From Candidatus Staskawiczbacteria bacterium (lineage in GTDB: Bacteria > Patescibacteriota > Minisyncoccia > Minisyncoccales > Staskawiczbacteraceae): 64,000 nt of DNA. The DNA is taken from the NCBI GenBank assembly GCA_023245155.1, contig JAHFKV010000001.1, positions 75,034 through 139,033 of the forward strand, read 5' to 3'. The stretch's first letter is position 1, and the number at the start of each line of letters is the position of its first letter. The notes under the pieces were generated by a model. The model was not told the DNA's origin, did not search any database, and saw only the letters and a program-made list of their open reading frames with translations. Shown in pieces: positions 18,083-26,874 of the stretch. Both the position numbers and the translations under genes were made by a program.

Positions 18083-21000
18083 TTATTTTTTGCCTTTTTC
18101 TCTGAATCCCGTTCCCACCGGAATCAGTTTTCCGATGATAACGTTTTCTTTTAAGCCGCGAAGCTTGTCTTCCTTGCCTTCCAATGAAGCTTTAATCAGC
18201 ACACGAGAAGTCTGCTGGAACGAAGCCGCTGATAAGAATGATTCTGAAGCCAGCGCCACCTCAGAGATTCCCAGTAGAATTTGTAAACCAATAGGCGCTT
18301 CCTTTTTAGCTTTTTTCAAGCGTTCCACTTCTTCTTGGAATACCGACCACTCAATAATTTCGCCCGGCACCCACTCCCCCTGTCCTTCCACTTTTATCCT
18401 GATGCGGGAAAACATCTTCTGAATAATCACTTCAATGTGTTTGTCATGAATATCCACCCCCTGGGAAGAGTAAATCCTTTGCACTTCTTTTAGAATATAT
18501 TTTTGGGTTTCTTCCAGGCCGGCTGATTTATATAATTTCTTCAAATCCAAATTTCCGCCACACAAGGGCTGGTTTTCTTTCACCTCTTGGCCGACTTCAA
18601 CCAAAATAGCAATCTTGCCCGGGATTTTGTAATCAATAGGCAAGGGCTTGGCTGCTGCACCTTTTTTCCGCTTAGCATCAGATTCAGCGGTTGGCTGAAT
18701 CGTCACCAGGCGCTTTTCTTCATCAATAGCGGTCACCTTTCCTTCGGTCAAAGACATAACCGCCTCTCCCTTTGGGGCTCGGGCTTCAAAAATTTCTTCA
18801 ATGCGCGGCAATCCCTGGGTAATATCACCTGAACCAACCACGCCACCCAAATGGTGAGTTCGCAACGTCAGCTGGGTTCCCGGTTCTCCGATGGCCTGGG
18901 CGGCCACCACTCCCACCGCCTCTCCAAGGCGCACTACATTGTTGCGGCTCAAATCCCAGCCATAGCATTTCTGGCACACACCTCGGATGCTCTGGCAGGT
19001 TAACGGGGAGCGCACATGCACCGATTCCACTTCCTCTTCTTTAATTTGTTTAGCCTGAGCCCAGGTGACAATATCACCCCTTTCAACAATGGTTTGTTTC
19101 TTATCTTTGGCGGACATAACATCTTGGGTAACTACCCGGCCCACCAATTTAAAGGTAACATCCTGCTCAATATCATCAGCTTCTTTGCGCAAAATTTCCA
19201 GGCCTTTTTTGTTGCCGCAGTCCTCTTCCCAGATAATCATGTCGTGAGCCACATCAATTAACCTTCGGGTCAGATAACCCGCTGATGAAGTTCTCAAAGC
19301 GGTATCAGCGGTTCCCTTTCTGGCTCCGTGGGTAGAAATGAAGTATTCTAGCACATTAAAACCTTCCGCAAATGAAGATTTTACCGGAAGTTCAATAATA
19401 TCTCCGGCTGGATTATTTACTAAGCCCTTCATGCCCGCCATTTGCACGGGCTGCGACCACGTGGCCCTCGCACCAGCGCTAATAATTGACATCACCGAAC
19501 CGTCTTCAGGTAACGTGGTTTTAAGCAAGGCTTCCAATTTTGTTTTAACACCTTGCCAGAGTAAAATTTTCTGGCTGGTTTTTTCATCATGGCTCAATAA
19601 CCCCTTTTCATAATGGGAGTCAATGCGTTCCACTTCGTTTTCAGCGTCTTTTATCATTTGGGCTTTTTCTTTTGGAACCACCAAGTCATCCATGCCCCAG
19701 GAAATTCCCGAAAGCGTGCAGTATTCAAATCCCATCACCTTAATTTTATCTAAGGTATTAATAGACTCTTCGCCCGGGTACTTTTCAATAATATCGCGTA
19801 TCAAGGCTTTCAGAGCCTTGTTGTCAATCAATTTGGAGACATATGGGTAATCAGCCGGCAAATTAGCATTTAAAATGAGGCGGCCTACGCAGGTTTCAAT
19901 CACTTCATGTTCAGTGGATTTCGGATTTGGCACCCTGATTTTTTCCGTTAGAGTTACAAAGCCGTAATCATGAGCAATCACTGCTTCATCTTTGCTCGAA
20001 TAAATCTTTACTTCTTTTGAATCCTTTGGCTCTTTCATTTTGGTCATCAAATAGCAACCCAAAGCAATATCCCGGAAAGGACCGATAACCGGCAAACCGG
20101 TTTGGGGCTTTAACAAATTCAGTGAAGAAAGCATGATTTCGCGGGCTTCTTTTTGAGCTTCATCGCTCAAGGGCAAATACACTGCCATTTGATCACCGTC
20201 AAAGTCAGCATTAAAAGCCTCGCAAGCTAATGGATGCAACCGGATGGTTTCTCCTTCGGTTAAAACGGGATGAAACGCCTGAATACCCAGCCGATGCAAG
20301 GTGGGAGCACGATTCAGCAACACCACTTTTCCGGCCACCACTTCTTCTAAAATGGCCCACACTTCCGGCACCTTGTCTTCAATTAACCGAGCTGCTCCGC
20401 GGATGTTGTAAGCTAATTCTTTATCTAAAATACGCTTAATCACAAACGGTTTGAAAATTTCCAAGGCCATGGTTTTTGGCAAACCGCACTGGCTGAATTT
20501 CAATTCTGGGCCCACCACAATCACGGACCTTCCTGAATAATCTACTCGTTTGCCCAGCAAGTTCTGGCGGAACCGTCCCTGTTTTCCGGCCAACATGGCA
20601 GCTAGCGATTTTAACAACCGCTTGCCTCCGGTGGTGGCGGTGGTGGTTACGCCTTTTCTCATGTCGTTATCAATTAAAGCATCAACTGCTTCTTGCAACA
20701 TACGCTTTTCATTGCGGACAATCACAGGCGGAGCGGAAATCTCCTGTAAGTATTTCAAACGGTTGTTCCGGTTGATAACGCGACGGTACAAATCATTCAA
20801 ATCACTGGAAGCATAGCGGCCTCCATCTAACTGCACCATGGGCCGTAAATCCGGCGGCAGCACGGGCAGGACATCCATAAACATCCATTCAGGACGTACC
20901 TTGGCTTTCAACATACCTTGGAATAATTTCAAGCGGCGCAAAATTTTCTTTTTCAACAAAGGCGGAGCATCTTTAGCCTCGTTTACCAATTCTTCAACGG

Positions 21001-21679
21001 TAATTTGTAAATCAACCTTGGTAAATAATTCTTTCACCACTTCGGCCCCTGTTCCCGCTTCGAACATTTCCCCGTACTTCATGGAAATATCGTGGTACAC
21101 CACTTCAGATAAAATCCGGAGCGGCTTGATATCTAAAATTTCTTCTTTAACTTTTTCGCGCAATTGTTTATATTCGGTTTTTTCCGCCTCGGTTGCGGCA
21201 CTTTTTGATTTGGTTTTGTATTCCTGCTCTACCGCGTCCAGTAAGCGCTGGCGGGCTTCGTTATCCACCTTGGTAATAATATAAGAAGAGAAATAAATTA
21301 CTTTCTCTAACTGCTGCGAACTCTTATTCAGCACGAGTCCCATGCGGCTGGGCACGCCCCGCAAAAACCAAATATGCGAAACCGGTGTGGCCAGCTTAAT
21401 ATGACCCATACGTTCGCGCCTGACTTGGCTTTTAGTAACTTCAACCCCGCAGCGGTCGCACACCACGCCTTTGTAACGGATTCTTTTATATTTTCCGCAA
21501 GCGCATTCATAATCTTTTTCAGGGCCAAAAATCCGTTCGTCAAACAAACCGTCTTTTTCTGGTTTTTGGGTGCGGTAATTAATGGTTTCTGGGCGGATAA
21601 TTTCGCCGTGTGACCAACTCAAAATCTCCTCGGGCGAGGCTATTTTGATTCTAATTGATTCAATGTCAAGTACTCGCAT
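18083..21679 (-). CDS. rpoC: DNA-directed RNA polymerase subunit beta'
   Basis: NADFDGDQM catalytic motif and Zn-finger cysteines. The start is moved to MRVLDIESIRIKIASPEEI because the track's extra MNLFASLHKF is a translated hairpin repeat. Confidence 0.97.
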   Translation of the reverse strand: MRVLDIESIRIKIASPEEILSWSHGEIIRPETINYRTQKPEKDGLFDERIFGPEKDYECACGKYKRIRYKGVVCDRCGVEVTKSQVRRERMGHIKLATPVSHIWFLRGVPSRMGLVLNKSSQQLEKVIYFSSYIITKVDNEARQRLLDAVEQEYKTKSKSAATEAEKTEYKQLREKVKEEILDIKPLRILSEVVYHDISMKYGEMFEAGTGAEVVKELFTKVDLQITVEELVNEAKDAPPLLKKKILRRLKLFQGMLKAKVRPEWMFMDVLPVLPPDLRPMVQLDGGRYASSDLNDLYRRVINRNNRLKYLQEISAPPVIVRNEKRMLQEAVDALIDNDMRKGVTTTATTGGKRLLKSLAAMLAGKQGRFRQNLLGKRVDYSGRSVIVVGPELKFSQCGLPKTMALEIFKPFVIKRILDKELAYNIRGAARLIEDKVPEVWAILEEVVAGKVVLLNRAPTLHRLGIQAFHPVLTEGETIRLHPLACEAFNADFDGDQMAVYLPLSDEAQKEAREIMLSSLNLLKPQTGLPVIGPFRDIALGCYLMTKMKEPKDSKEVKIYSSKDEAVIAHDYGFVTLTEKIRVPNPKSTEHEVIETCVGRLILNANLPADYPYVSKLIDNKALKALIRDIIEKYPGEESINTLDKIKVMGFEYCTLSGISWGMDDLVVPKEKAQMIKDAENEVERIDSHYEKGLLSHDEKTSQKILLWQGVKTKLEALLKTTLPEDGSVMSIISAGARATWSQPVQMAGMKGLVNNPAGDIIELPVKSSFAEGFNVLEYFISTHGARKGTADTALRTSSAGYLTRRLIDVAHDMIIWEEDCGNKKGLEILRKEADDIEQDVTFKLVGRVVTQDVMSAKDKKQTIVERGDIVTWAQAKQIKEEEVESVHVRSPLTCQSIRGVCQKCYGWDLSRNNVVRLGEAVGVVAAQAIGEPGTQLTLRTHHLGGVVGSGDITQGLPRIEEIFEARAPKGEAVMSLTEGKVTAIDEEKRLVTIQPTAESDAKRKKGAAAKPLPIDYKIPGKIAILVEVGQEVKENQPLCGGNLDLKKLYKSAGLEETQKYILKEVQRIYSSQGVDIHDKHIEVIIQKMFSRIRIKVEGQGEWVPGEIIEWSVFQEEVERLKKAKKEAPIGLQILLGISEVALASESFLSAASFQQTSRVLIKASLEGKEDKLRGLKENVIIGKLIPVGTGFREKGKK

Positions 21680-21770
21680 GAATTTATGTAGCGAAGCGAA
21701 TAAATTCACTTTGAAAATTAGGCTGATATCTATAATATACTTTGTGGCCTAATTTTCATTGCGACACCTT
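21680..21770 (-). promoter_or_regulatory. Structured rpoB|rpoC intercistronic element, homologous to the rpsR leader
   Basis: Minus strand: AGGTGTCGCAA, a 12-bp stem TGAAAATTAGGC/GCCTAATTTTCA (23-nt loop), then the identical GTGAATTTATTCGCTTCGCTACATAAATTC abutting the ATG. Confidence 0.7.
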
Positions 21771-21784
21771 ATTCGCTCGTTTAT

Positions 21785-24700
21785 TTATTTTTTATCGTCT
21801 CGTTCGGTGCGTGGTTTCTCTTTTACTTCCACGCCCATTCCCAAAGACTTTAATTCAGCCACTAGCAAATTAAACGACGCTGGAATGTTTGGATTCCTAA
21901 TTGGCTCGCCCTTCAAAATGCTTTCATAGGTTGTAGCCCGGCCTACCACGTCGTCAGACTTAATCGTCAACATTTCTTGCAGAGTATGAGCCGCGCCGTA
22001 TCCTTGCAGAGCCCACACTTCCATTTCCCCGAAGCGCTGGCCCCCAAACTGGGCTTTTCCGCCCAATGGTTGCTGGGTAATCAATGAATATGGCCCAATG
22101 GACCTGGCGTGCACCTTGTCATCTACCATGTGAATCAGCTTCATCACATACATGTAACCAACCGTAATCGGTTTTGGGAACGGCAAGCCTGAATGGCCAT
22201 CATACAAAGTGATTTGGCCGCTTTCTGGCAATCCGGCTTCTTTTAATTCTTGTTTAATATCTTCCTTATTGGCTCCGAGTAATGAGGGGGTAACTGCCAT
22301 GAAATTCATTTTGTGGGCGGCCCAACCCAAGTGGGTTTCTAAAATTTGACCCAGGTTCATACGGGAAGGAACCGAGAGTGGTGAAAGCACTAAATCAACC
22401 GGAGTTCCGTCAGCCAAGAATGGCATTTCGGCTTCAGAAGCAATTCTTGAAACTACTCCTTTGTTTCCGTGGCGTCCAACCAACTTGTCTCCCACTTTCA
22501 CGTGGCGGACTTCAGAAACTTCCACCTGGATTTTCTTAATGACACCCGGTTCCAATTTATGCCCCAATTCCCGGCTGAAAATTTTCACATTAGTCACTTT
22601 TCCGTGCTTGCCATGTTCAACCCGCATGGAAGTGTCTTTTACATCCTTGGCTTTTTCCCCGAAAATGGCGCGCAGTAAGCGTTCTTCCGGGGTTAATTCG
22701 GCTTCCCCTTTAGGTGAAATTTTTCCCACCAAAATATCATTAGGACCTACCGAAGCCCCCACCCGAACAATGCCCTCTTCATCCAAATCTTTCAGCTTTT
22801 CTTCTCCCACGTTTGGAATGTCTGAGGTAGTTTGCTCATCTCCTAATTTGGTTTCACGGACGTCACAAGTAAAATCTTCAATATGAATGGAAGTAAATTC
22901 AAATTCTTTAACTAACTTTTCCGAAATGGTAATGGAGTCTTCAAACCCCCCTCCACGTAGTGGCAGGAAACAAACTAAAATGTTTCTTCCCAGAGCCAGA
23001 CGGCCCTGGTCAATGGCAGCGCCATCAGCCAGCACATCACCTTTTTTAACATGATCGCCTTTTTGGACAATGGGTTTTTGATGGAAACAAGAATATTGGT
23101 TAGTCCGCACAAAGGTTTGTAATTCATATTCTTGGGTGACTTTTTTCCCACCCTGGTCATACTGAACCAAAATGCGAGAAGCATCTACTTCTTTCACCAC
23201 GCCGTTGGCCTCGGCCAAAACCACTTGGCCAGAATCCCGGGCGATATTCTTTTCAACACCCGTTCCAATCAACGGAGCTTCCGGCCTGATCAAGGGTACC
23301 GCTTGGCGCTGCATGTTTGAACCCATCAAAGCGCGGCTCGCATCATCATTTTGTAAAAAGGGAATCAAGCTGGCAGCAGCGGAAATAAACTGCTTAGAAG
23401 AAACATCAGAATAATCAACTTTGGCAATTTCAATTTCAGCAGGCTCTCCTTTCACCCGGGCCTCCACTTTGTTTGGGGGAATTTCCGGTAAAATTTTACC
23501 ATTTTTATCTAATGGGGTGGAGGCGGGAATGATTACATAGCGTTCTTCTTCCTGGGCTGAAAGATAATGCACTTCGTCAGTTACTTTACCGTTTTTCACT
23601 TTAAAATACGGGGCTTCAATGAAACCATAGGGGTTAACCCGGGCAAACGAAGCCAAATGGCCCACCAGCCCCACGTTTTGGCCTTCGGGAGTTTCAATCG
23701 GACAAATCCGGCCATAATGAGAAGGCTGCACATCCCGCACTTCAAAACCGGCCCGTTCACGCGTTAATCCTCCAGGGCCCGTAGTTGTAAGCCTTCTTTT
23801 ATGTTCCAATTCAGCCAAAGGATTTTCGTTATCCATGAACTGGGAAAATTGGGAAGAAGTGAAAAATTCTTTCACCACTGCCATTAACGGCCGTGGATTA
23901 ATCAGCTGGATTGAGGTGATGGTTGAGGGATCCAAGGTAGACATTTTGTCTTTAATAATCCTTTCCATGCGCATCAAACCCACCCGCAAACGGTTTTGCA
24001 ATAATTCTGAAAGAGTCCGCACACGCCGGTTGCCCAAGTGGTCCACCTGGTCTGCCTTGGCTTCAGGATTATTATTCAACCGAATCACTTCTTTGACCAC
24101 CTCCACTAAATCGGCAATGCTCAAAATGCGTTCTTCTTTGGTAATGGTTGAATCTTTATCTTTTTTCTTGGCGTTCAAGCCGGGTAAGCGTATCCAGGTT
24201 TTCCAGCGGCCAACTTTTGATAAGTCATACCTATCAAAATTAAAGAACATGTTGAAAATCAAATCCTGGGCGGTGTCAGGAGTCACCAGATCCCCCGGGC
24301 GCAGCCTGCGGTAGATTTCCACCAAAGCTTCTTTCTGGTCCTTACAAGTGTCGCGCTTTAAAGTTTCAGCAATATATTTTATTTCACCAGTATCAACATC
24401 TTTAAATTCTTTCTGGATTTTTTCAATGTTTTCCAAACCTAAGGCCATTAATAACGTGGTGGCGGGTACTTTTCTCTTGCGGTTGATTTTTACGCCGATA
24501 AATCCGGATTCTTCCGTTTCAAATTCCAACCAGGCACCGCGGTTGGGAATAATTTTAGCACCAAAAAGATTCCTGCCCTTTGAGCTACGGCTCGTAAAAA
24601 ATGCACCAGGGCTGCGGATGAGCTGGGAAACTACCACCCGCTCAACACCGTTGACTACGAACGTCCCCCGTTCAGTCATTAACGGAAAGTCGCACAAAAA

Positions 24701-25021
24701 CACTTCCTGGTCTTTAACCTCTTTGGTTTTTTTGTTGATGAGCCTGATTTTTGCGCGCAGGGAAACTTCCAGGGAATCGTTATTGCGTTTTGCTTCCAAG
24801 CCGTTCTTGTAGTTGGGTTTACCCAAATTGTAATCTAAGAACCAGAGTTCAAATTCTTTTCCGGTGTAATCTGAAATCGGGGAAATTTCTGAAAACAATT
24901 CTTTGATCCGCACATCAGTAAAATCTTTCCAGGTATCGCGCTGCATTTCCAGCAAATGCGGAGTGGAAAAAGAAAGGTTGGATTTTGAAAAGTTTTTTAT
25001 TTTTTGCACTTTCTCAGCCAT
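21785..25021 (-). CDS. rpoB: DNA-directed RNA polymerase subunit beta
   Basis: 1078 aa with conserved blocks (e.g. ...GHRGNKGVVSRI..., ...FGEMEVWALQGYGAAHTLQE...). Confidence 0.97.
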   Translation of the reverse strand: MAEKVQKIKNFSKSNLSFSTPHLLEMQRDTWKDFTDVRIKELFSEISPISDYTGKEFELWFLDYNLGKPNYKNGLEAKRNNDSLEVSLRAKIRLINKKTKEVKDQEVFLCDFPLMTERGTFVVNGVERVVVSQLIRSPGAFFTSRSSKGRNLFGAKIIPNRGAWLEFETEESGFIGVKINRKRKVPATTLLMALGLENIEKIQKEFKDVDTGEIKYIAETLKRDTCKDQKEALVEIYRRLRPGDLVTPDTAQDLIFNMFFNFDRYDLSKVGRWKTWIRLPGLNAKKKDKDSTITKEERILSIADLVEVVKEVIRLNNNPEAKADQVDHLGNRRVRTLSELLQNRLRVGLMRMERIIKDKMSTLDPSTITSIQLINPRPLMAVVKEFFTSSQFSQFMDNENPLAELEHKRRLTTTGPGGLTRERAGFEVRDVQPSHYGRICPIETPEGQNVGLVGHLASFARVNPYGFIEAPYFKVKNGKVTDEVHYLSAQEEERYVIIPASTPLDKNGKILPEIPPNKVEARVKGEPAEIEIAKVDYSDVSSKQFISAAASLIPFLQNDDASRALMGSNMQRQAVPLIRPEAPLIGTGVEKNIARDSGQVVLAEANGVVKEVDASRILVQYDQGGKKVTQEYELQTFVRTNQYSCFHQKPIVQKGDHVKKGDVLADGAAIDQGRLALGRNILVCFLPLRGGGFEDSITISEKLVKEFEFTSIHIEDFTCDVRETKLGDEQTTSDIPNVGEEKLKDLDEEGIVRVGASVGPNDILVGKISPKGEAELTPEERLLRAIFGEKAKDVKDTSMRVEHGKHGKVTNVKIFSRELGHKLEPGVIKKIQVEVSEVRHVKVGDKLVGRHGNKGVVSRIASEAEMPFLADGTPVDLVLSPLSVPSRMNLGQILETHLGWAAHKMNFMAVTPSLLGANKEDIKQELKEAGLPESGQITLYDGHSGLPFPKPITVGYMYVMKLIHMVDDKVHARSIGPYSLITQQPLGGKAQFGGQRFGEMEVWALQGYGAAHTLQEMLTIKSDDVVGRATTYESILKGEPIRNPNIPASFNLLVAELKSLGMGVEVKEKPRTERDDKK

Positions 25022-25132
25022 AGGAGGTTAGCTGTTTTACGTTAATACAAACATAAAATACCCTTTTGAGAGAGGGTATGAGCCTTTGCGTTTTTTAAAG
25101 GAAGGTTACCACGGGGAATTAAATATAAGTAC

Positions 25133-25160
25133 AGTATATTCTTTCTATAAAAAATGTCAA
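25133..25160 (-). promoter_or_regulatory. Sigma70-like promoter upstream of rpoB (TTGACA-16-TATACT)
   Basis: The minus strand reads TTGACAttttttatagaaagaaTATACT, about 110 nt upstream of the rpoB ATG. Confidence 0.5.
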
Positions 25161-25170
25161 GCGTTTTTAG

Positions 25171-26274
25171 CTAGTAATTGGTTAACGTGCGGGTTTTAAT
25201 GCTCTGTAAAACACCCAAACTGACAAAGTTAGCAATTAATCCCGAACCCCCGTAACTGACCAGGGGCAAATAAATTCCCACCACAGGTAGCAACGAAAGA
25301 TTCATACCAATGTTTACGGTAAATTGGGCAATGAGCATGATGGCAAAACCAATTCCGAACAGCCGCGGAAAATTAGAAGAAGATTCAATGGAAACTTTTA
25401 ATATCCGCCACACCAGCAAAAGGTATGCTCCAAAAAATACGGCCATGCCAATCAACCCCCATTCTTCGGCAATCACGGAAAAAATGAAGTCCGTATGCGG
25501 TTCAGGTAAAAATCCGTATTGTACTTGAGAATCACCAGTTACACCCTGGCCGAACCAACGGCCAGAGCCAATGGAAATTTTCGTTTGGGCTTGGCTCCAG
25601 CTCCCCCCCAGCACATCGGTGGGGAATAAAAAGGCGGTAACCCTCCCCTTTTGGTAATCTTTCAATAAAAACTGCCAGGAAAATCCAGATACTAACAAAA
25701 AGCATATTCCCAAAATCAAAAAATGTTTTAATTTAATTCCTGAAACCAGCAAAATCCCCAGCCACATGGCCACAAACACCGCCGCTCCCCCCAAATCCGG
25801 CTTAATGAAAACCAAGGCAGCAGGAGTTAAGGCATACAATCCGGAAATTAAAATGTGCTGCAGTTTATACATTTGGACGTGGCGCATGGAAAAATATTTG
25901 GCCAGCAGAATAATGAGCACAATCTTCATGGTTTCAATCGGGTCCAGGGTCAAAAAGCCGAGGCGATACCAGCCATGTGTGCCGCGAATCACTGGCGCAA
26001 AAAAATGAAGTCCCGCCAACAACGCTAAACAAATAAAATACAAGACCAAAATTAAGTAAGAATTATTGCGCAAAATCCGGTAATCAAAAAAACTGATGGC
26101 AAACATTAGGCAAAGGCCTACGGCAAAAAAAATCAACTGCTTGTAAAAGTTTGAAAAGTCTGATTTTGCCAGACTAGTGCTCCAAATCGCCGCCAACCCA
26201 AAAAGCGTAATCAGCACGGCTGAACCAATCAGCACCCAGTCTAGTTTTTTTACTTGTTGTAATAATATTGACAT
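25171..26274 (-). CDS. SEDS-family peptidoglycan polymerase (FtsW/RodA)
   Basis: 367 aa with about 10 TM helices and the conserved PEPHTDFIFSVIAEEWG block. Confidence 0.9.
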   Translation of the reverse strand: MSILLQQVKKLDWVLIGSAVLITLFGLAAIWSTSLAKSDFSNFYKQLIFFAVGLCLMFAISFFDYRILRNNSYLILVLYFICLALLAGLHFFAPVIRGTHGWYRLGFLTLDPIETMKIVLIILLAKYFSMRHVQMYKLQHILISGLYALTPAALVFIKPDLGGAAVFVAMWLGILLVSGIKLKHFLILGICFLLVSGFSWQFLLKDYQKGRVTAFLFPTDVLGGSWSQAQTKISIGSGRWFGQGVTGDSQVQYGFLPEPHTDFIFSVIAEEWGLIGMAVFFGAYLLLVWRILKVSIESSSNFPRLFGIGFAIMLIAQFTVNIGMNLSLLPVVGIYLPLVSYGGSGLIANFVSLGVLQSIKTRTLTNY

Positions 26275-26346
26275 AAGTTAAAGAATGATATATGATAATC
26301 GCATGTTGATTTTACCCACGAATCTTTTACGCTCAAAGGAAAAATC

Positions 26347-26820
26347 ATGTTGCACATTCAGCAGGGCGACCTGGACCGCGGTGCGAACCACGAGGTCACG
26401 GAAGTCGAGTTCGAGTATTTAACACCACTCGGACGATCTTTCGGCGTAGACTTCGACGTCGAGTTGACAAAGGATCCTGGAGTCTTCGCGATGACTTTGT
26501 CTCTCACGCGAAGGGGGCATGACGATGTGATTATCCACATGGATGATCTATTGCCCGTCCAGTCTGTTCCCGAGTTCTTGATCAGCTCGGACCTGATTCT
26601 GGATGATAATTACGGCCTCGCGCGGGCAATCGCAGTCGCCCTCGTCAAACTCGCAAGAGTTTCCGTGGCGCTCACTCTGGAACGGGGTGATAAGCCGGGC
26701 ACGGGCGAAATCATCGCCTATGTCTCAATCAAGTCTTCTAGCGGCCAAGTATCTTTTCGCACGGAGGGCCGCATTCTGGAGAACAGCGCCAAGCACCACC
26801 TCACCGCCAAGAAAAAGTAA
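26347..26820 (+). CDS. Orphan hypothetical protein (157 aa, acidic) with atypically high GC
   Basis: Hand count gives 67/120 G+C at the 5' end, against 53/120 (adjacent FtsW/RodA-family gene) and 48/120 (adjacent ligA). 29 of the first 40 codons end in G or C. AAGGA lies upstream of the ATG and the gene has its own terminator. No family recognised. Confidence 0.6.
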   Translation: MLHIQQGDLDRGANHEVTEVEFEYLTPLGRSFGVDFDVELTKDPGVFAMTLSLTRRGHDDVIIHMDDLLPVQSVPEFLISSDLILDDNYGLARAIAVALVKLARVSVALTLERGDKPGTGEIIAYVSIKSSSGQVSFRTEGRILENSAKHHLTAKKK

Positions 26821-26840
26821 ATCTGTCTGGCCGCTCACTC

Positions 26841-26874
26841 GCCAACCGTATGCTACATGCGCGGTTGGCTTTTT
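26841..26874 (+). terminator. Rho-independent terminator of the orphan gene
   Basis: GCCAACCG-13 nt-CGGTTGGC followed by TTTTT. The T-run touches the ligA stop codon. Confidence 0.7.

Noticed and set aside
25058-25079. Hairpin ATACCC-10 nt-GGGTAT followed by TTTTATGTTTG in the rpoB leader, as a transcription attenuator.
   Set aside because: The stem is only 6 bp and AT-containing, with a large loop and an interrupted T-run. This is too weak to call without transcript data.
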